Below, one piece after another: positions 9,707-19,963 of a DNA stretch of 64,000 nt. The notes below the pieces were generated by a model. That model saw only the letters and a list, made by a program, of their open reading frames with translations, did not search any database and had not been told where the DNA came from. Each line of letters starts with the position of its first letter. Position 1 is the stretch's first letter. The stretch lies in assembly GCA_963758295.1 (NCBI GenBank), contig CAVWUU010000004.1, forward strand, positions 192,001-256,000, written 5' to 3'. The position numbers were made by a program, and so were the translations under genes. This DNA comes from Candidatus Eremiobacteria bacterium. GTDB lineage: Bacteria > Vulcanimicrobiota > Vulcanimicrobiia > Vulcanimicrobiales > Vulcanimicrobiaceae.

Positions 9707-10192
9707 ATGGTTAACGACGCGGGAGTCGCGCGACTCAACGACATGATCGGGGAAATCCCGATCGCTATGCTTACCTCGGTGGGCGAGGACGGGGAACTCC
9801 ACAGCCGCCCCATGGCGACGCAAAAGGTCTCGGCAGACGGGACGGTGTGCTTTTTCGTAAGCGCGGGAACGTCGGCCGCGTATGAATCGAGTGAAAGCTG
9901 CGGGGTGAACGTAAGCTACGCCGATGCACGCCGCTCGGTGTACATTTCGATCTCGGGTACCGCAACCGTGAGCGACGATCGCCGGCGCATTCACGAGCTT
10001 TGGGATCCCGCCGTTTCCGCGTGGTTTCCAAAAGGCATGGACGATCCGGACCTCCGCTTACTCTGCGTGCAAATCGAGCGCGCCGAGTACTGGGACGTCG
10101 CAACCAATGCGCTATCGCTGCTCGTGGGCTACGCGCGCAAGGCTATCACGGGAAAGTCCGACAGCATCGGTACGCACGAACGCATCGTGTAG
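9707..10192 (+). CDS. General stress protein 26 / pyridoxamine 5'-phosphate oxidase-like protein
   Basis: AMLT, LHSRPMA, VNVSY, SISG, WFP.G.DDP and AEYWD motifs. Confidence 0.85.
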   Translation: MVNDAGVARLNDMIGEIPIAMLTSVGEDGELHSRPMATQKVSADGTVCFFVSAGTSAAYESSESCGVNVSYADARRSVYISISGTATVSDDRRRIHELWDPAVSAWFPKGMDDPDLRLLCVQIERAEYWDVATNALSLLVGYARKAITGKSDSIGTHERIV

Positions 10193-10283
10193 AGAAAAAG
10201 GCGCGTGATGCAAGTGCACGATGCAAGCCTCGTCTTCGATCTGCCCGCTCATCGGGAGCTTGTCGAACGACACGCGCATGAGT

Positions 10284-10314
10284 AAAAAGAAGAAGGCCGC
10301 AAAAGCGGCCTTCT
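10284..10314 (-). terminator. Intrinsic terminator after icd
   Basis: agaaggccgc-aaaa-gcggccttct perfect stem with T tract on the minus strand. Confidence 0.8.
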
Positions 10315-10335
10315 AATGCGTTGCGGCTGGAAGGG

Positions 10336-11796
10336 CTATTGGCCCTGAGCGAGTGAGAAGCCGCGTTCGCCGTTGAAAGTGAAGAGGCCCTCGGTTTTTA
10401 CGACGTCGAGGCCGGCCTTGTCGAGTTCCGCCACAATTCCGGCGACGGTGCTTTGCGCGAACGCATTACCGGTGCCCTCGAAGCGGCACGACCAGTGATC
10501 GCTCCAGAACGTATCGGGATTGCCGTTCGGCCATACCTTCGTTCCGCGGTTGCTGATGACGGTGAGCTTCGCGTCTTTGAGGCTGAGGTTTTGCAGCTGT
10601 GCGGCGATTTCGTCGGGATTGCCGTTCGGTTTGTCGATGAAGACGTCGACGCCAACGCGCTCTTTTTTGGCGCGATTGCCGTTAGCGCGGGCGGTGATGT
10701 TCATTTCGGTGTCTTCGGCGTATTCGACGGCGGCAAGATTTTGCGGCTTTTGGCCGAGACGCGCGATGACCGCATCGGCGAATTCTTTCGTACCGACTTT
10801 TTGCTTGGAGACGCCCTCTTCGAAAATGTCGTACGTGTGGATGCCGTCTTCGATCGTCTTGAGCCACGCGTTGTGCGCGCGCTCCGCGATTTTGCCTTGG
10901 CCGATGTGCACAAGCATTAAGAGTGCGCCGTGCAGCAGGCCCGATGGATTGGCCATGTTCTGGCCGGCGCGCCGGGGCGCCGAGCCGTGGATCGCTTCGA
11001 ACATCGAGCAGTGATCGCCGATGTTCGCGGAACCGGCGAGACCGACGGATCCGGTGATCTGCGCCGCAACGTCGGACAGTACGTCGCCGTAGAGATTCGG
11101 CATTACGATAACGTCGAACGCTTCGGGCGTGTCCGCCATTTTTGCGGCGCCGATGTCGACGATCCAGTGCTCGTTCTCGATCTCCGGATACTCTTTGGCA
11201 ATCTCGTCGAAGATCTTGTGGAAGAGACCGTCCGTGATCTTCATGATGTTGTCTTTTGTGAAGCACGTGACTTTTTTGCGTTTGTTCGCGCGAGCGTACT
11301 CGAACGCGTAGCGAATGATGCGTTCGCTACCCGGGCGCGAGATGAGCTTCAAACACTGCGTAACTTGCTCGGTCTGCCGGTGCTCGATGCCGCCGTAAAC
11401 GTCTTCCTCGTTCTCACGAACGATGACCAGGTTCATCTTCGGATGCTTCGTCGCTACGTACGGCGCGAGTGATGCGCAAGGACGGACGTTCGCATACATG
11501 CCGAGCGTTTTACGAACCGTGACGTTGAGACTCTTGAACCCGCCGCCTTGCGGCGTGGTGATCGGGGCCTTCAAGAAAACCTTGGTGCGCCGGAGCGACT
11601 CCCAAGATTCCGGTTCGATGCCGCTCTGCAAGCCGCGGTTGTAGATCGACTCACCGATATCGATGCGTTCGATGTCGAGCTGCGCGCCCGCTTCGGTGAT
11701 GATTCGAAGCGTCGCGTCCATGATTTCGGGGCCGATGCCGTCGCCGTAGGCAACGGTAATTGGGGTTTTCTTCGCGGTCGCGATAGTACTGGTCAT
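10336..11796 (-). CDS. icd: NADP-dependent isocitrate dehydrogenase (long form)
   Basis: GDGIGPEI, KAPITTPQGGG, RENEED, NLYGDVLSD, FEAIHGSAP; ATG 11796 overlaps the upstream TGA. Confidence 0.93.
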   Translation of the reverse strand: MTSTIATAKKTPITVAYGDGIGPEIMDATLRIITEAGAQLDIERIDIGESIYNRGLQSGIEPESWESLRRTKVFLKAPITTPQGGGFKSLNVTVRKTLGMYANVRPCASLAPYVATKHPKMNLVIVRENEEDVYGGIEHRQTEQVTQCLKLISRPGSERIIRYAFEYARANKRKKVTCFTKDNIMKITDGLFHKIFDEIAKEYPEIENEHWIVDIGAAKMADTPEAFDVIVMPNLYGDVLSDVAAQITGSVGLAGSANIGDHCSMFEAIHGSAPRRAGQNMANPSGLLHGALLMLVHIGQGKIAERAHNAWLKTIEDGIHTYDIFEEGVSKQKVGTKEFADAVIARLGQKPQNLAAVEYAEDTEMNITARANGNRAKKERVGVDVFIDKPNGNPDEIAAQLQNLSLKDAKLTVISNRGTKVWPNGNPDTFWSDHWSCRFEGTGNAFAQSTVAGIVAELDKAGLDVVKTEGLFTFNGERGFSLAQGQ

Positions 11797-13403
11797 GGCG
11801 CAATCTTCCACTGATAGGCGTTCCAGCCTTCGCTTATGCCGTTCGGCGTGAAGTTTTGAAGCTGCGCGATATGGGCGTAACGCAGACTTTGGTAGTAGAG
11901 AAAGACGCCCGGTACGTCTCGAAGCAGCAAGGATTGGACCTTTGCGTATGCTGCCTTGCGCTGGGCAAGGTCGAATGTAGAGAGAGCTTGATTTTGCGCC
12001 GCGTCCATTTCCTTTGAACAGTAGCGGGTCACGTTGTTGCCGGCCGGCGGAATCATCGCGCACAGCCAGGACGAGGAATCGTCGGGATCGGCGCCCTGAA
12101 TCCAGGCGTAGAGCGACGAGTCGAACTTGCCGCCCGTCAGGATGCCGCCGCTCGCTGCCGCGGCGTAGAGCGTCGCATAATCATAGGTTTTGATCTGCAC
12201 GTCGATTCCGACGCCTTTTAGCATCTGCTGCAATTGCACGGAGATGTTGCGCGCGATATCGCTGCCTTGTCCGAAAATGAACTGGAGCGAAAGCCGCTCG
12301 CCGTTCTTGCGCCGGATGCCGTCGGGCCCGGGCGTCCAGCCGGCGGCTTCGAGCAGCTGCTTGGCTTGCGCGGGATCGTAAGGAAGCGGCTTCAGCGACG
12401 AATCAAACTCTTTGTAAAACGGCGAAAGGTCGCCGACGGCCAGTTCGCCCGTGCCGAACGTGTTCGTCTTGCGCATCTTTTCGCGGTCGAGCGCAAGCGC
12501 AATAGCGCGCCGCACCCGGACATCGTCGAGCGGCGGCCGGCTGACGTTGAAGAAGACTGCTTCATACGAAGGCGCCTTTACCAGTTGCCGCGTGACGTTG
12601 CTCGCGCTCGCAAGTTCGTTATAGGTCGGCGCAGTGATGGTGATCCCGAGCTGCGACTCACCCGAGCGAAGCTGTTCGCCGGTGGTATTGGTGTCGAGAA
12701 TGATCTTCACGGTCAACTCTTTGATCGCCGGCGCGCCTTTATAGTAAAACGGGTTTGCGGCCAGGACGATCCGGTCGCCACGCTGCCAACGCGCGAACTT
12801 ATACGGACCCGTTCCGACGGGCGCCGCGTTGAACGGAATCTGGTTTATATTCGGATACTTCGCGAGTAAGTGTTCCGGGAGCACCCGCAGCACGGTATCG
12901 CCCTCGCCGAAAATGATGTTCACCGCGGGCGGGAACATGCGCTTCATGTGAAAGACGACCGTCGAATCGTCGGGCGTATCGACGGACTTCACTTGATCGA
13001 AGCCATGACGCGAAATCACGTTGTTCGCCGGGTTCATGATCTGTTGCCACGTGTACTTCACGTCTTTGCTCGTGAATGCCACGCCGTCTTGCCACTTCAC
13101 GTTCTTTCGTAGGTGGTACGTGATCCTGAGACCGTCTTTACTGATGCCGCCGTTTTGGATCGTTGGAACCGTTTCGGCAAGATCGGGAATCTGGTTCCCT
13201 TTATCGTCGATGGTAACGAGAAGACTGTAGATTAGGCCGTCGACGAAATTCTCCGATGAGTCCTGCGGTAAAATGCCGTTCAACTGCTGCGGATTGATCG
13301 GCAGTGCGATGGTCAGTTTGTCGGGCGGAATGGATTGGCCGCTTTTCGTGCATCCGGACACGAAAAGCGACGCCACCAGTAAACCGATGGCGACGCGTTT
13401 CAT
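11793..13403 (-). CDS. Family 5 (peptide/nickel) ABC substrate-binding lipoprotein, no permease adjacent
   Basis: VSGC lipobox, PDLAE, KWQDG..FTSKDV, GTGPY, VRRAIALALDR. Confidence 0.9.
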   Translation of the reverse strand: MKRVAIGLLVASLFVSGCTKSGQSIPPDKLTIALPINPQQLNGILPQDSSENFVDGLIYSLLVTIDDKGNQIPDLAETVPTIQNGGISKDGLRITYHLRKNVKWQDGVAFTSKDVKYTWQQIMNPANNVISRHGFDQVKSVDTPDDSTVVFHMKRMFPPAVNIIFGEGDTVLRVLPEHLLAKYPNINQIPFNAAPVGTGPYKFARWQRGDRIVLAANPFYYKGAPAIKELTVKIILDTNTTGEQLRSGESQLGITITAPTYNELASASNVTRQLVKAPSYEAVFFNVSRPPLDDVRVRRAIALALDREKMRKTNTFGTGELAVGDLSPFYKEFDSSLKPLPYDPAQAKQLLEAAGWTPGPDGIRRKNGERLSLQFIFGQGSDIARNISVQLQQMLKGVGIDVQIKTYDYATLYAAAASGGILTGGKFDSSLYAWIQGADPDDSSSWLCAMIPPAGNNVTRYCSKEMDAAQNQALSTFDLAQRKAAYAKVQSLLLRDVPGVFLYYQSLRYAHIAQLQNFTPNGISEGWNAYQWKIAP

Positions 13404-13423
13404 TTATCAAGCCTCCTTGGTTT

Positions 13424-14692
13424 TCAGCGGATAACGCACCGGAACTTCGCGTACATGAAGGGGTAGTCGTCGTAAAACCAGTTTCGGAACGAGCGGCGAA
13501 TCAACTCCCGCCCGGTTGCGGGCGATGCGCCTTTCATTACGAAGTGGCGCCCGTCGAAGAAGTCGGTTGAATACGGCGGATACGAGGCCATCGGTTCGAA
13601 TCCCGGGTGCGGGCCGAAGGGTGTGGACGTCCATTCCCAGCCGTTGCCGATGAGATCGTAAATCCCCCATGCGCTTGCACCGGCCGGATGCGCGTCTACG
13701 GGCTCGGCATCGAAACGCTCGAAGTCGAAGTTGCCGTGCAAAGCGTGCGGCTCGTCGGCGCCCCACGGATAGGGTCGTTCGGTGCCGTTGGGCGTGCCGT
13801 ATGCGGCGCGGTGAAATTCCGCTTCGGTCGGTAAGCGCATCTCCGCCCACTGCGCGTAGCCTCGCGCTTGTTGGTGCGTAACGTAGACAGGCCAGGAAAG
13901 TGGCAGCGGCAACTCTTCGAATACGCCGCGTAAGAAGAACTCGCGGTCGCGGCGCACCCAGAACTGCGGCACGGGGCCGCCGTCGCGCACGAACGCGAGC
14001 CAGTCTCCGTTCGTTATGGGAAACTGCTGCATATGAAACGCGGGAACGTCGACCTCGTAACGTCCGAACTCGTTGTCCCAGCCAAAGGAAATTTCTTCGG
14101 GGCGCGCGCCGAGCGTTGCGATGCCTGCGTCGACGGCGAGCAACGGGTTAGCGGCAACGGGATGGTCGTGATGCTCTTGCGCGATGCGTCCTTTTTGCGC
14201 GTAATCCAGCTGGTGGATGATGTAGAGCAGCGTTTCGTGATGCATCTGCTCGTGCTCGAGAATCGTGTACGCGGATTGCCCGCGAACGAGAAGCGGCACC
14301 GAAGGATCCACGAGCGAAGCGTTCGCGAGCGCCGCTTCAACGCGCTCGTCACACCGGCGCGCGAAGCGCTCGATCTCGTCGCGAGACGGCCACAAGCTTC
14401 GCGTCAATTGCTTCGCGGCTTCCGCCGATGCTGGATCGATCCCGCGTTCAAAAAGCCTTTCGAGTTCCGCATCGACGGGTGATTCTTTCAACGCACGTTC
14501 GTTCAGCGTGAGGAAACTGAACGCCGGAAGGTGGCCTTCGTAAAACACGAAGGGATGCCGAAGCGGAATCGGCCGCGCTTCATATGCCGCATCGTCGATC
14601 AATCCGAAAAGCCGAGCCGAGCGTTCCCGATTACGTCGATACCAGTCAATGAGATGACTGCGGTCGAGCGAGGGCTTCGTCGATGCGATCAT
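13424..14692 (-). CDS. EgtB/OvoA-family non-heme iron sulfoxide synthase-like protein (DinB + FGE-sulfatase domains)
   Basis: LRHPFVFYEGH, HEQMHHE, GWDNE, RLPTEAE, GNGWEWT, SFRNW. Confidence 0.82.
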   Translation of the reverse strand: MIASTKPSLDRSHLIDWYRRNRERSARLFGLIDDAAYEARPIPLRHPFVFYEGHLPAFSFLTLNERALKESPVDAELERLFERGIDPASAEAAKQLTRSLWPSRDEIERFARRCDERVEAALANASLVDPSVPLLVRGQSAYTILEHEQMHHETLLYIIHQLDYAQKGRIAQEHHDHPVAANPLLAVDAGIATLGARPEEISFGWDNEFGRYEVDVPAFHMQQFPITNGDWLAFVRDGGPVPQFWVRRDREFFLRGVFEELPLPLSWPVYVTHQQARGYAQWAEMRLPTEAEFHRAAYGTPNGTERPYPWGADEPHALHGNFDFERFDAEPVDAHPAGASAWGIYDLIGNGWEWTSTPFGPHPGFEPMASYPPYSTDFFDGRHFVMKGASPATGRELIRRSFRNWFYDDYPFMYAKFRCVIR

Positions 14693-14700
14693 AATTTACG

Positions 14701-17607
14701 TTACCCCGAAGCGGCGTTCGCTTCCCGGCGACGCTGCATGAACTTTTCGAATTCCACCGCCGGCAACGGCGGCGATATCGCATAACCCTGAACGATGTCG
14801 CAACGGTTGTCTTCGAGGAAGGCAAGCTGAACCGCGGTTTCCACGCCTTCGGCAACGACTTCCAGGCCTAGGCTGTGAGCCATGCCGATGACCGTCTTGA
14901 CGATCGTCTCATCGAACGCTTCCAAGCCTACGCCCATGACGAACGAGCCGTCGATCTTCAGCACGTCGAGGGCAAATCTACGAAGATATGCGAGCGACGA
15001 GTAGCCGGTTCCGAAATCGTCGACGGCGGTACGGATGCCGGCGGCTTTTAATTCGCGTACGATGCTTACGGTTTGCGCTGCATCCGACATTGCAACGCTT
15101 TCCGTGATCTCGATCTCCAGAAGCGACGGATCGAGGTTTGCTTCTTCGAGTGCTTTCAAAACACGCCGGCGCAGATCGCGCTGATGAAATTGGCGGCCCG
15201 AAAGATTCACTGCAAGGCGCAGAGGCGCGAGCGTGTCCGACCAGCGGCGGATCTGCTTTGCGGCCGTCTCCAAAACCCAGTCCCCGAGCGGCACGATAAG
15301 GCCCGAAATCTCCGCGCTCGGAATAAAGTGGCCCGGCTCGATGAGTCCACTCTTCGGATGATTCCAGCGCACGAGCGCCTCGACACTTACGACCTTTCCG
15401 GTGCGCAAATCGACCTGCGGCTGGTAGAACACGACGAACTCATTGAGTTCCAGCGCGCGGCGCAGCAGCTTTTCTTGCGACAGGCGCATGTGAATCGGCG
15501 CTTCCAAAGCGGGATTGTAGAAGTAGTAGCCGTTGCGGCCGCGTTCTTTCGCGCGATACATCGCGATGTCGGCGTTTTTGATGAGCGTCTGATCGTCGCG
15601 TCCGTCTTCGGGATAGATCGAGATGCCAATGCTGGCGGAAATGTACTGTTCGTACTCGTCGAGCGGAAAGGGCTCGCTGATTGCGCCGATAATGCGGTCG
15701 GCAACATCTCGTACGGCTTCGGCGTCGTGGCAATCCGTAATGAGCACGACGAATTCGTCGCCGCCCATGCGAGCGATCGTAACGCTTTCGCCCAGCTCCT
15801 TTATCAGGCGAAAGGCAACCATTTGCAATAACCGGTCGCCGCGCGCGTGTCCCAGGGTATCGTTGACGTCTTTGAAACGGTCTAGGTCGAGGAACAGCAG
15901 CGCGACGCGTGCCAGGCGCGATTGCGCGACCTCGATCGCGTCGCGCAGTTTTTCGCTCAAGAAAGCGCGGTTCGGCAAACCGCTAAGCGTATCGTAGTAG
16001 GCCATCGCGCGCAATCGCGAGCGCTGCCGGCTGCGGTCGATCGTGCCCGCGATCAAGGTTGCAATCAAACCGAGCAGATCGGAATCGGTACCCGAAAAGC
16101 GCCACGCGGCGGGATTCGCCGTTGCAAAGACGAGCGCTCCGTAAAACTCGCCGCCGACATCTAACCGCATCGCCACGCCGTTCTCGAGCGGTATCGGAAC
16201 AGCGGCGCCGGACGTATCGAGAACGGTCTTTGCCATTGCCTTCAGGTAGTCATCGGAAACCCGCGCGGCGTTCGGATCGCGGTGCACGGAGTCGACGCGC
16301 GGCATGCCTTGCGCGATCTCGACTACCGCGCCGCACGTCAATCCGAAGGCGCTGCACCCCATTTGCAATGAGGCGTTCATCCGGACGTCGGGGTAATCGC
16401 CACTGGTCGAGATGAAGTAAAGATTTCTGATGCGCTCGCTTTGCATCGCGGCATGGCGTTCGGCGGCTCGGCGTTCGGTGACGTCTTGGAGGATTACGTA
16501 AACGCCGACTACGTTGCCCGCCGAATATTGCGGAACGAGCGTGGTGTCGAGTTCGAGCGGCGTTCCGTCGATCTTGAACGACTGCACGGTAAAGCCGACT
16601 GGTTCGCCCGCAAGTGCGCGCTGAAACAACGTCTCGACGCGTTCGTGTTCGCCGGGCGGCAAGAAACGATGAAAGTCTTCGCCAACCACCGCAGAGCGCG
16701 GGAAGTTGCCCAGGTTCAAGGCGGCGGCGTTTACGTCGGTGATGCGGCGTTCCAAAGAAACCGCAAGCACGCCGTCGGGATTGTACTCAAATAGCGACCG
16801 CAGGCGCGCTTCGCTTTCCGCAAGCTCGCGTTCCTGATAAGCAATGCGCGCCGCCGCTTCCCGCTGGTCCGTTTCGTCACGGACAATGGAGAAGGCGCCG
16901 TCGATCTTTCCCCGGCGATGCACCGGCACGGTGGTGATACGAACGTCCAGCGGCCGTCCTTCAAGCGTGCGCACGCGGGCCGTGTAAAATAACGTTTCGC
17001 CGGCAAGGGCGCGCTTAAGGTAGAGTTCGTGCTTCGGAACGTCTTCGGGCTCGATGAACGAACTGAAATGCATGCCGACGATTTGCTCGCGCGGCACGGG
17101 TCCAAAGCGCGTGATTGCATGATTTACGTCGACGATCCGCCCGTCGGCCGAGAAGATCATGGTAACGTCGGGATTGTATTCAAAGAGCGCGCGGAACCGC
17201 TCTTCGGTTTCCGCGATCGCGCTCTGCGCTTCCACGGCATCGGTGACGTCGTCCGCGTACGATAAGACGTGATATTGGTCGTCATCCTGAACGGCAAAGA
17301 TGGTCCAGCGGCAGGTCCGCACTTCGCCGTCGGCGCGAATGTTTCGATTGACATTGACGACGGAGTGGATGTTATCGAATTGTTCGATGCGGCGTTGGAC
17401 GTTTATGACGCCCTCTAGATCTTCTGCCGGCACGAGCGAAAGGTTCGCGACGGTTTTCCCGACGACATCGGCGGCGCTGTAGCCGAACATCGTCTCGGCG
17501 CGATCCGACCAAAACGAGATCCGGAAGTCCGAATCCCAAGCGACGACAGCTAGCGGCGAACGCGATAGCAGATCGTTCAGGAGCTGGAGATCGCGTTCGT
17601 TTAGCAT
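14701..17607 (-). CDS. PAS-PAS-PAS-(GAF-like)-GGDEF-EAL signalling protein
   Basis: Repeated LFEYNPD PAS starts, DLDRFKDVND, MGGDEF, EAL, DDFGTGYSS. Confidence 0.92.
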   Translation of the reverse strand: MLNERDLQLLNDLLSRSPLAVVAWDSDFRISFWSDRAETMFGYSAADVVGKTVANLSLVPAEDLEGVINVQRRIEQFDNIHSVVNVNRNIRADGEVRTCRWTIFAVQDDDQYHVLSYADDVTDAVEAQSAIAETEERFRALFEYNPDVTMIFSADGRIVDVNHAITRFGPVPREQIVGMHFSSFIEPEDVPKHELYLKRALAGETLFYTARVRTLEGRPLDVRITTVPVHRRGKIDGAFSIVRDETDQREAAARIAYQERELAESEARLRSLFEYNPDGVLAVSLERRITDVNAAALNLGNFPRSAVVGEDFHRFLPPGEHERVETLFQRALAGEPVGFTVQSFKIDGTPLELDTTLVPQYSAGNVVGVYVILQDVTERRAAERHAAMQSERIRNLYFISTSGDYPDVRMNASLQMGCSAFGLTCGAVVEIAQGMPRVDSVHRDPNAARVSDDYLKAMAKTVLDTSGAAVPIPLENGVAMRLDVGGEFYGALVFATANPAAWRFSGTDSDLLGLIATLIAGTIDRSRQRSRLRAMAYYDTLSGLPNRAFLSEKLRDAIEVAQSRLARVALLFLDLDRFKDVNDTLGHARGDRLLQMVAFRLIKELGESVTIARMGGDEFVVLITDCHDAEAVRDVADRIIGAISEPFPLDEYEQYISASIGISIYPEDGRDDQTLIKNADIAMYRAKERGRNGYYFYNPALEAPIHMRLSQEKLLRRALELNEFVVFYQPQVDLRTGKVVSVEALVRWNHPKSGLIEPGHFIPSAEISGLIVPLGDWVLETAAKQIRRWSDTLAPLRLAVNLSGRQFHQRDLRRRVLKALEEANLDPSLLEIEITESVAMSDAAQTVSIVRELKAAGIRTAVDDFGTGYSSLAYLRRFALDVLKIDGSFVMGVGLEAFDETIVKTVIGMAHSLGLEVVAEGVETAVQLAFLEDNRCDIVQGYAISPPLPAVEFEKFMQRRREANAASG

Positions 17608-17615
17608 AGTTTTGG

Positions 17616-19052
17616 CTAGTGCGCCAGATACTCGTACAGGCCGTGAACACCGCCTTCGCGCCCGAATCCCGATTCGCGGTATCCGCCGAAAGGCGAGCTC
17701 GGGTCGAATTGGTTGAACGTGTTACACCAGACGACACCGGCACGCAGCTGCTGCGCTACCCACATGTTCTTGCTGCCTTTATCCGTCCAGATTCCGGCAG
17801 AGAGGCCGTAAGGCGTGTTGTTGGCCTTTTCCACGGCTTCGTCGGGAGTGCGGAACGTGAGAACGGAAAGCACCGGGCCGAAGATTTCCTCGCGCGCGAT
17901 GCGATGCGATTGATGCACGTTCGTGAAGAACGACGCCGGGAAGAAGAAGCCTTTTGACGGCAGCTCGCAAGGCTGTTGCACGAGAACCGCACCTTGCTCT
18001 ACGCCGCTCGCGACGAGTTCCTGAATCTTCTCGAGCTGCGCCCGCGAGTTGATGGCACCGACGTCGGTGTTTTTGTCCATGGGGTCGCCCAGGCGAAGCG
18101 TTTGAAGGCGCTCGGTGAGCCGCACCACGACTTCGTCGTGAACGCGCTCCTCGACCAACAGACGTGATCCGGCGCAGCACACGTGACCTTGATTGAAATA
18201 AATGCCATTCACGACGCCCTCGACCGCTTGATCCATCGGCGCATCGGCAAAAATGATGTGCGCGGCTTTTCCGCCGAGTTCGAGTGTCAGGCGTTTGCGC
18301 GTGCCCGCAAGCTTTCGCGCGATTATTTTGCCAACTTCGGTAGACCCGGTGAACGCGATCTTATCTACGTCGTCATGCTCTACGAGTGCCGCGCCCGTGG
18401 TTCCATCGCCCGTCACGACGTTTACCACGCCGGGCGGAAGATCGGCTTCTTCGATGATTTGCGCCAGCGCAAGCGCAGTAAGGGGCGTCGTCTCGGCCGG
18501 CTTCAACACGACGGTATTGCCGCAGGCAAGGGCCGGCGCGATCTTCCACGCGGCCATGAGGAGCGGGAAATTCCACGGAACGATCTGTCCGCAAACGCCG
18601 ACCGGATTCGCCTGCTCGCCGGCGCGTAAGGCCCACTCCAGTTTATCGGCCCAGCCTGCGTAGTAGAAGAAGTGAGCGGCCGAGGTGGGGATGTCAAAGT
18701 CGCGCGATTCCTTGATCGGTTTGCCGCCGTTCAACGTCTCCAGGACGGCAAGTTCACGACCGCGCTCGGTGATTGCGCGCGCGATGCGGTAAATGTACTT
18801 CGCACGATCTGCCGGTTTGAGTTTGCGCCAGTACTTGTCGTGCGCGCGTCGTGCCGACCGGACGGCGCGGTCCACGTCGGCGGCGTTCCCCTGTGCGACT
18901 AAGGCAAGTTTCTCTTCCGTTGCCGGATTCACGGTGTCGAAGTAACGCGAATCCGCCGGCGCGCTCCAGTGCCCGTCGATGAAAAGACCGTACTGCTCGC
19001 GAATGCGCGGTCGGAGGCTTTCCGGTGCCGGCGCGTAGTCGAAGATGGCCAT
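17616..19052 (-). CDS. Aldehyde dehydrogenase, deoC-associated catalytic subunit
   Basis: PWNFP, FTGST, LELGGK, NQGHVCCAGS, EEIFGP; start MAIFDYAPAPE. Confidence 0.92.
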   Translation of the reverse strand: MAIFDYAPAPESLRPRIREQYGLFIDGHWSAPADSRYFDTVNPATEEKLALVAQGNAADVDRAVRSARRAHDKYWRKLKPADRAKYIYRIARAITERGRELAVLETLNGGKPIKESRDFDIPTSAAHFFYYAGWADKLEWALRAGEQANPVGVCGQIVPWNFPLLMAAWKIAPALACGNTVVLKPAETTPLTALALAQIIEEADLPPGVVNVVTGDGTTGAALVEHDDVDKIAFTGSTEVGKIIARKLAGTRKRLTLELGGKAAHIIFADAPMDQAVEGVVNGIYFNQGHVCCAGSRLLVEERVHDEVVVRLTERLQTLRLGDPMDKNTDVGAINSRAQLEKIQELVASGVEQGAVLVQQPCELPSKGFFFPASFFTNVHQSHRIAREEIFGPVLSVLTFRTPDEAVEKANNTPYGLSAGIWTDKGSKNMWVAQQLRAGVVWCNTFNQFDPSSPFGGYRESGFGREGGVHGLYEYLAH

Positions 19053-19063
19053 CGCGTTTCTCT

Positions 19064-19963
19064 TCAATCCTTTGGAATGTAGTCGGCGCCCGCGTAATGC
19101 CCGGTAGCCTGTTTCTCGAGTTGCATCAACAGATCGTCGAGCAGCGAGCTCGCGCCGATGCGAAAGAGATCGGGAGTAAGCCACGCGTCGCCGAGCGTTT
19201 CCTTGACGATGACGAGGTACGTTAGTGCTTGTTTCGTGGTGCGAACGCCGCCGGCGACTTTCAGCCCGCGGCGCTGCCCCGTGCGGCGATAGAAGTCTCG
19301 AAGCGCTTCGCACATGACGAGCGCGGTGGGGAACGTCGCGTTCGTTCCCACCTTACCGGTCGAAGTCTTTATGACGTCCGCACCCGCTTCGAGCGCCAAA
19401 TCGGCGGCGCGCCGGATATTGTCGTACGTGAAGAGTTCGCCCGTCTCAAGAATGACTTTCAAGTGGACGGCTCCGCAAAGTTCTTTCACCGCAACGATCT
19501 CGTTGAAGACGGCGTTCTCGCGGCCTTCCAGAAATGCTCCGCGGTCGATGACCATATCGATTTCGTCGGCACCCGAGGCGATGGCGGCGGCGGTATCCGC
19601 GAGCTTTACTTCCAGACTCGAGAGTCCACTTGGAAATGCGGTAGCTACCGAAGCGACTTTAACGCCGGAACCGCGAAGCGCGTCCTTTGCAACCGTGACG
19701 AGGTTGGGATAAACGCAGACGGCGGCGACACTCGGAACGTTAGGCCACGAGGGACGCGGCGCGATCGCTTTCGCGCAGAGCGAGCGCACGCGGCCTTCGG
19801 AGTCTTTTCCTTCAAGCGTCGTCAGGTCCGTGCACCGGATCGAAAGCGCGATGCCTTCGAGTTTCGCCTCGCTTTTGATGGACCGTTTGGAAAGCGCGGA
19901 AGCCCGCGTTTCCAGCATCACCGCGTCGATAGTCGGTGATGGCCGGAGAAGAGTCGGCGTCAT
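19064..19963 (-). CDS. deoC: Deoxyribose-phosphate aldolase
   Basis: DLTTLEG, AAVCVYP, ADEIDMV, KVILETGEL, IKTSTGK, RIGASS. Confidence 0.93.
   Translation of the reverse strand: MTPTLLRPSPTIDAVMLETRASALSKRSIKSEAKLEGIALSIRCTDLTTLEGKDSEGRVRSLCAKAIAPRPSWPNVPSVAAVCVYPNLVTVAKDALRGSGVKVASVATAFPSGLSSLEVKLADTAAAIASGADEIDMVIDRGAFLEGRENAVFNEIVAVKELCGAVHLKVILETGELFTYDNIRRAADLALEAGADVIKTSTGKVGTNATFPTALVMCEALRDFYRRTGQRRGLKVAGGVRTTKQALTYLVIVKETLGDAWLTPDLFRIGASSLLDDLLMQLEKQATGHYAGADYIPKD

Noticed and set aside
14693..14706. GGGTAA-N8-ATG as a stress promoter for the EgtB-like gene
   Set aside because: The hexamer includes the upstream stop codon and has no matching -35
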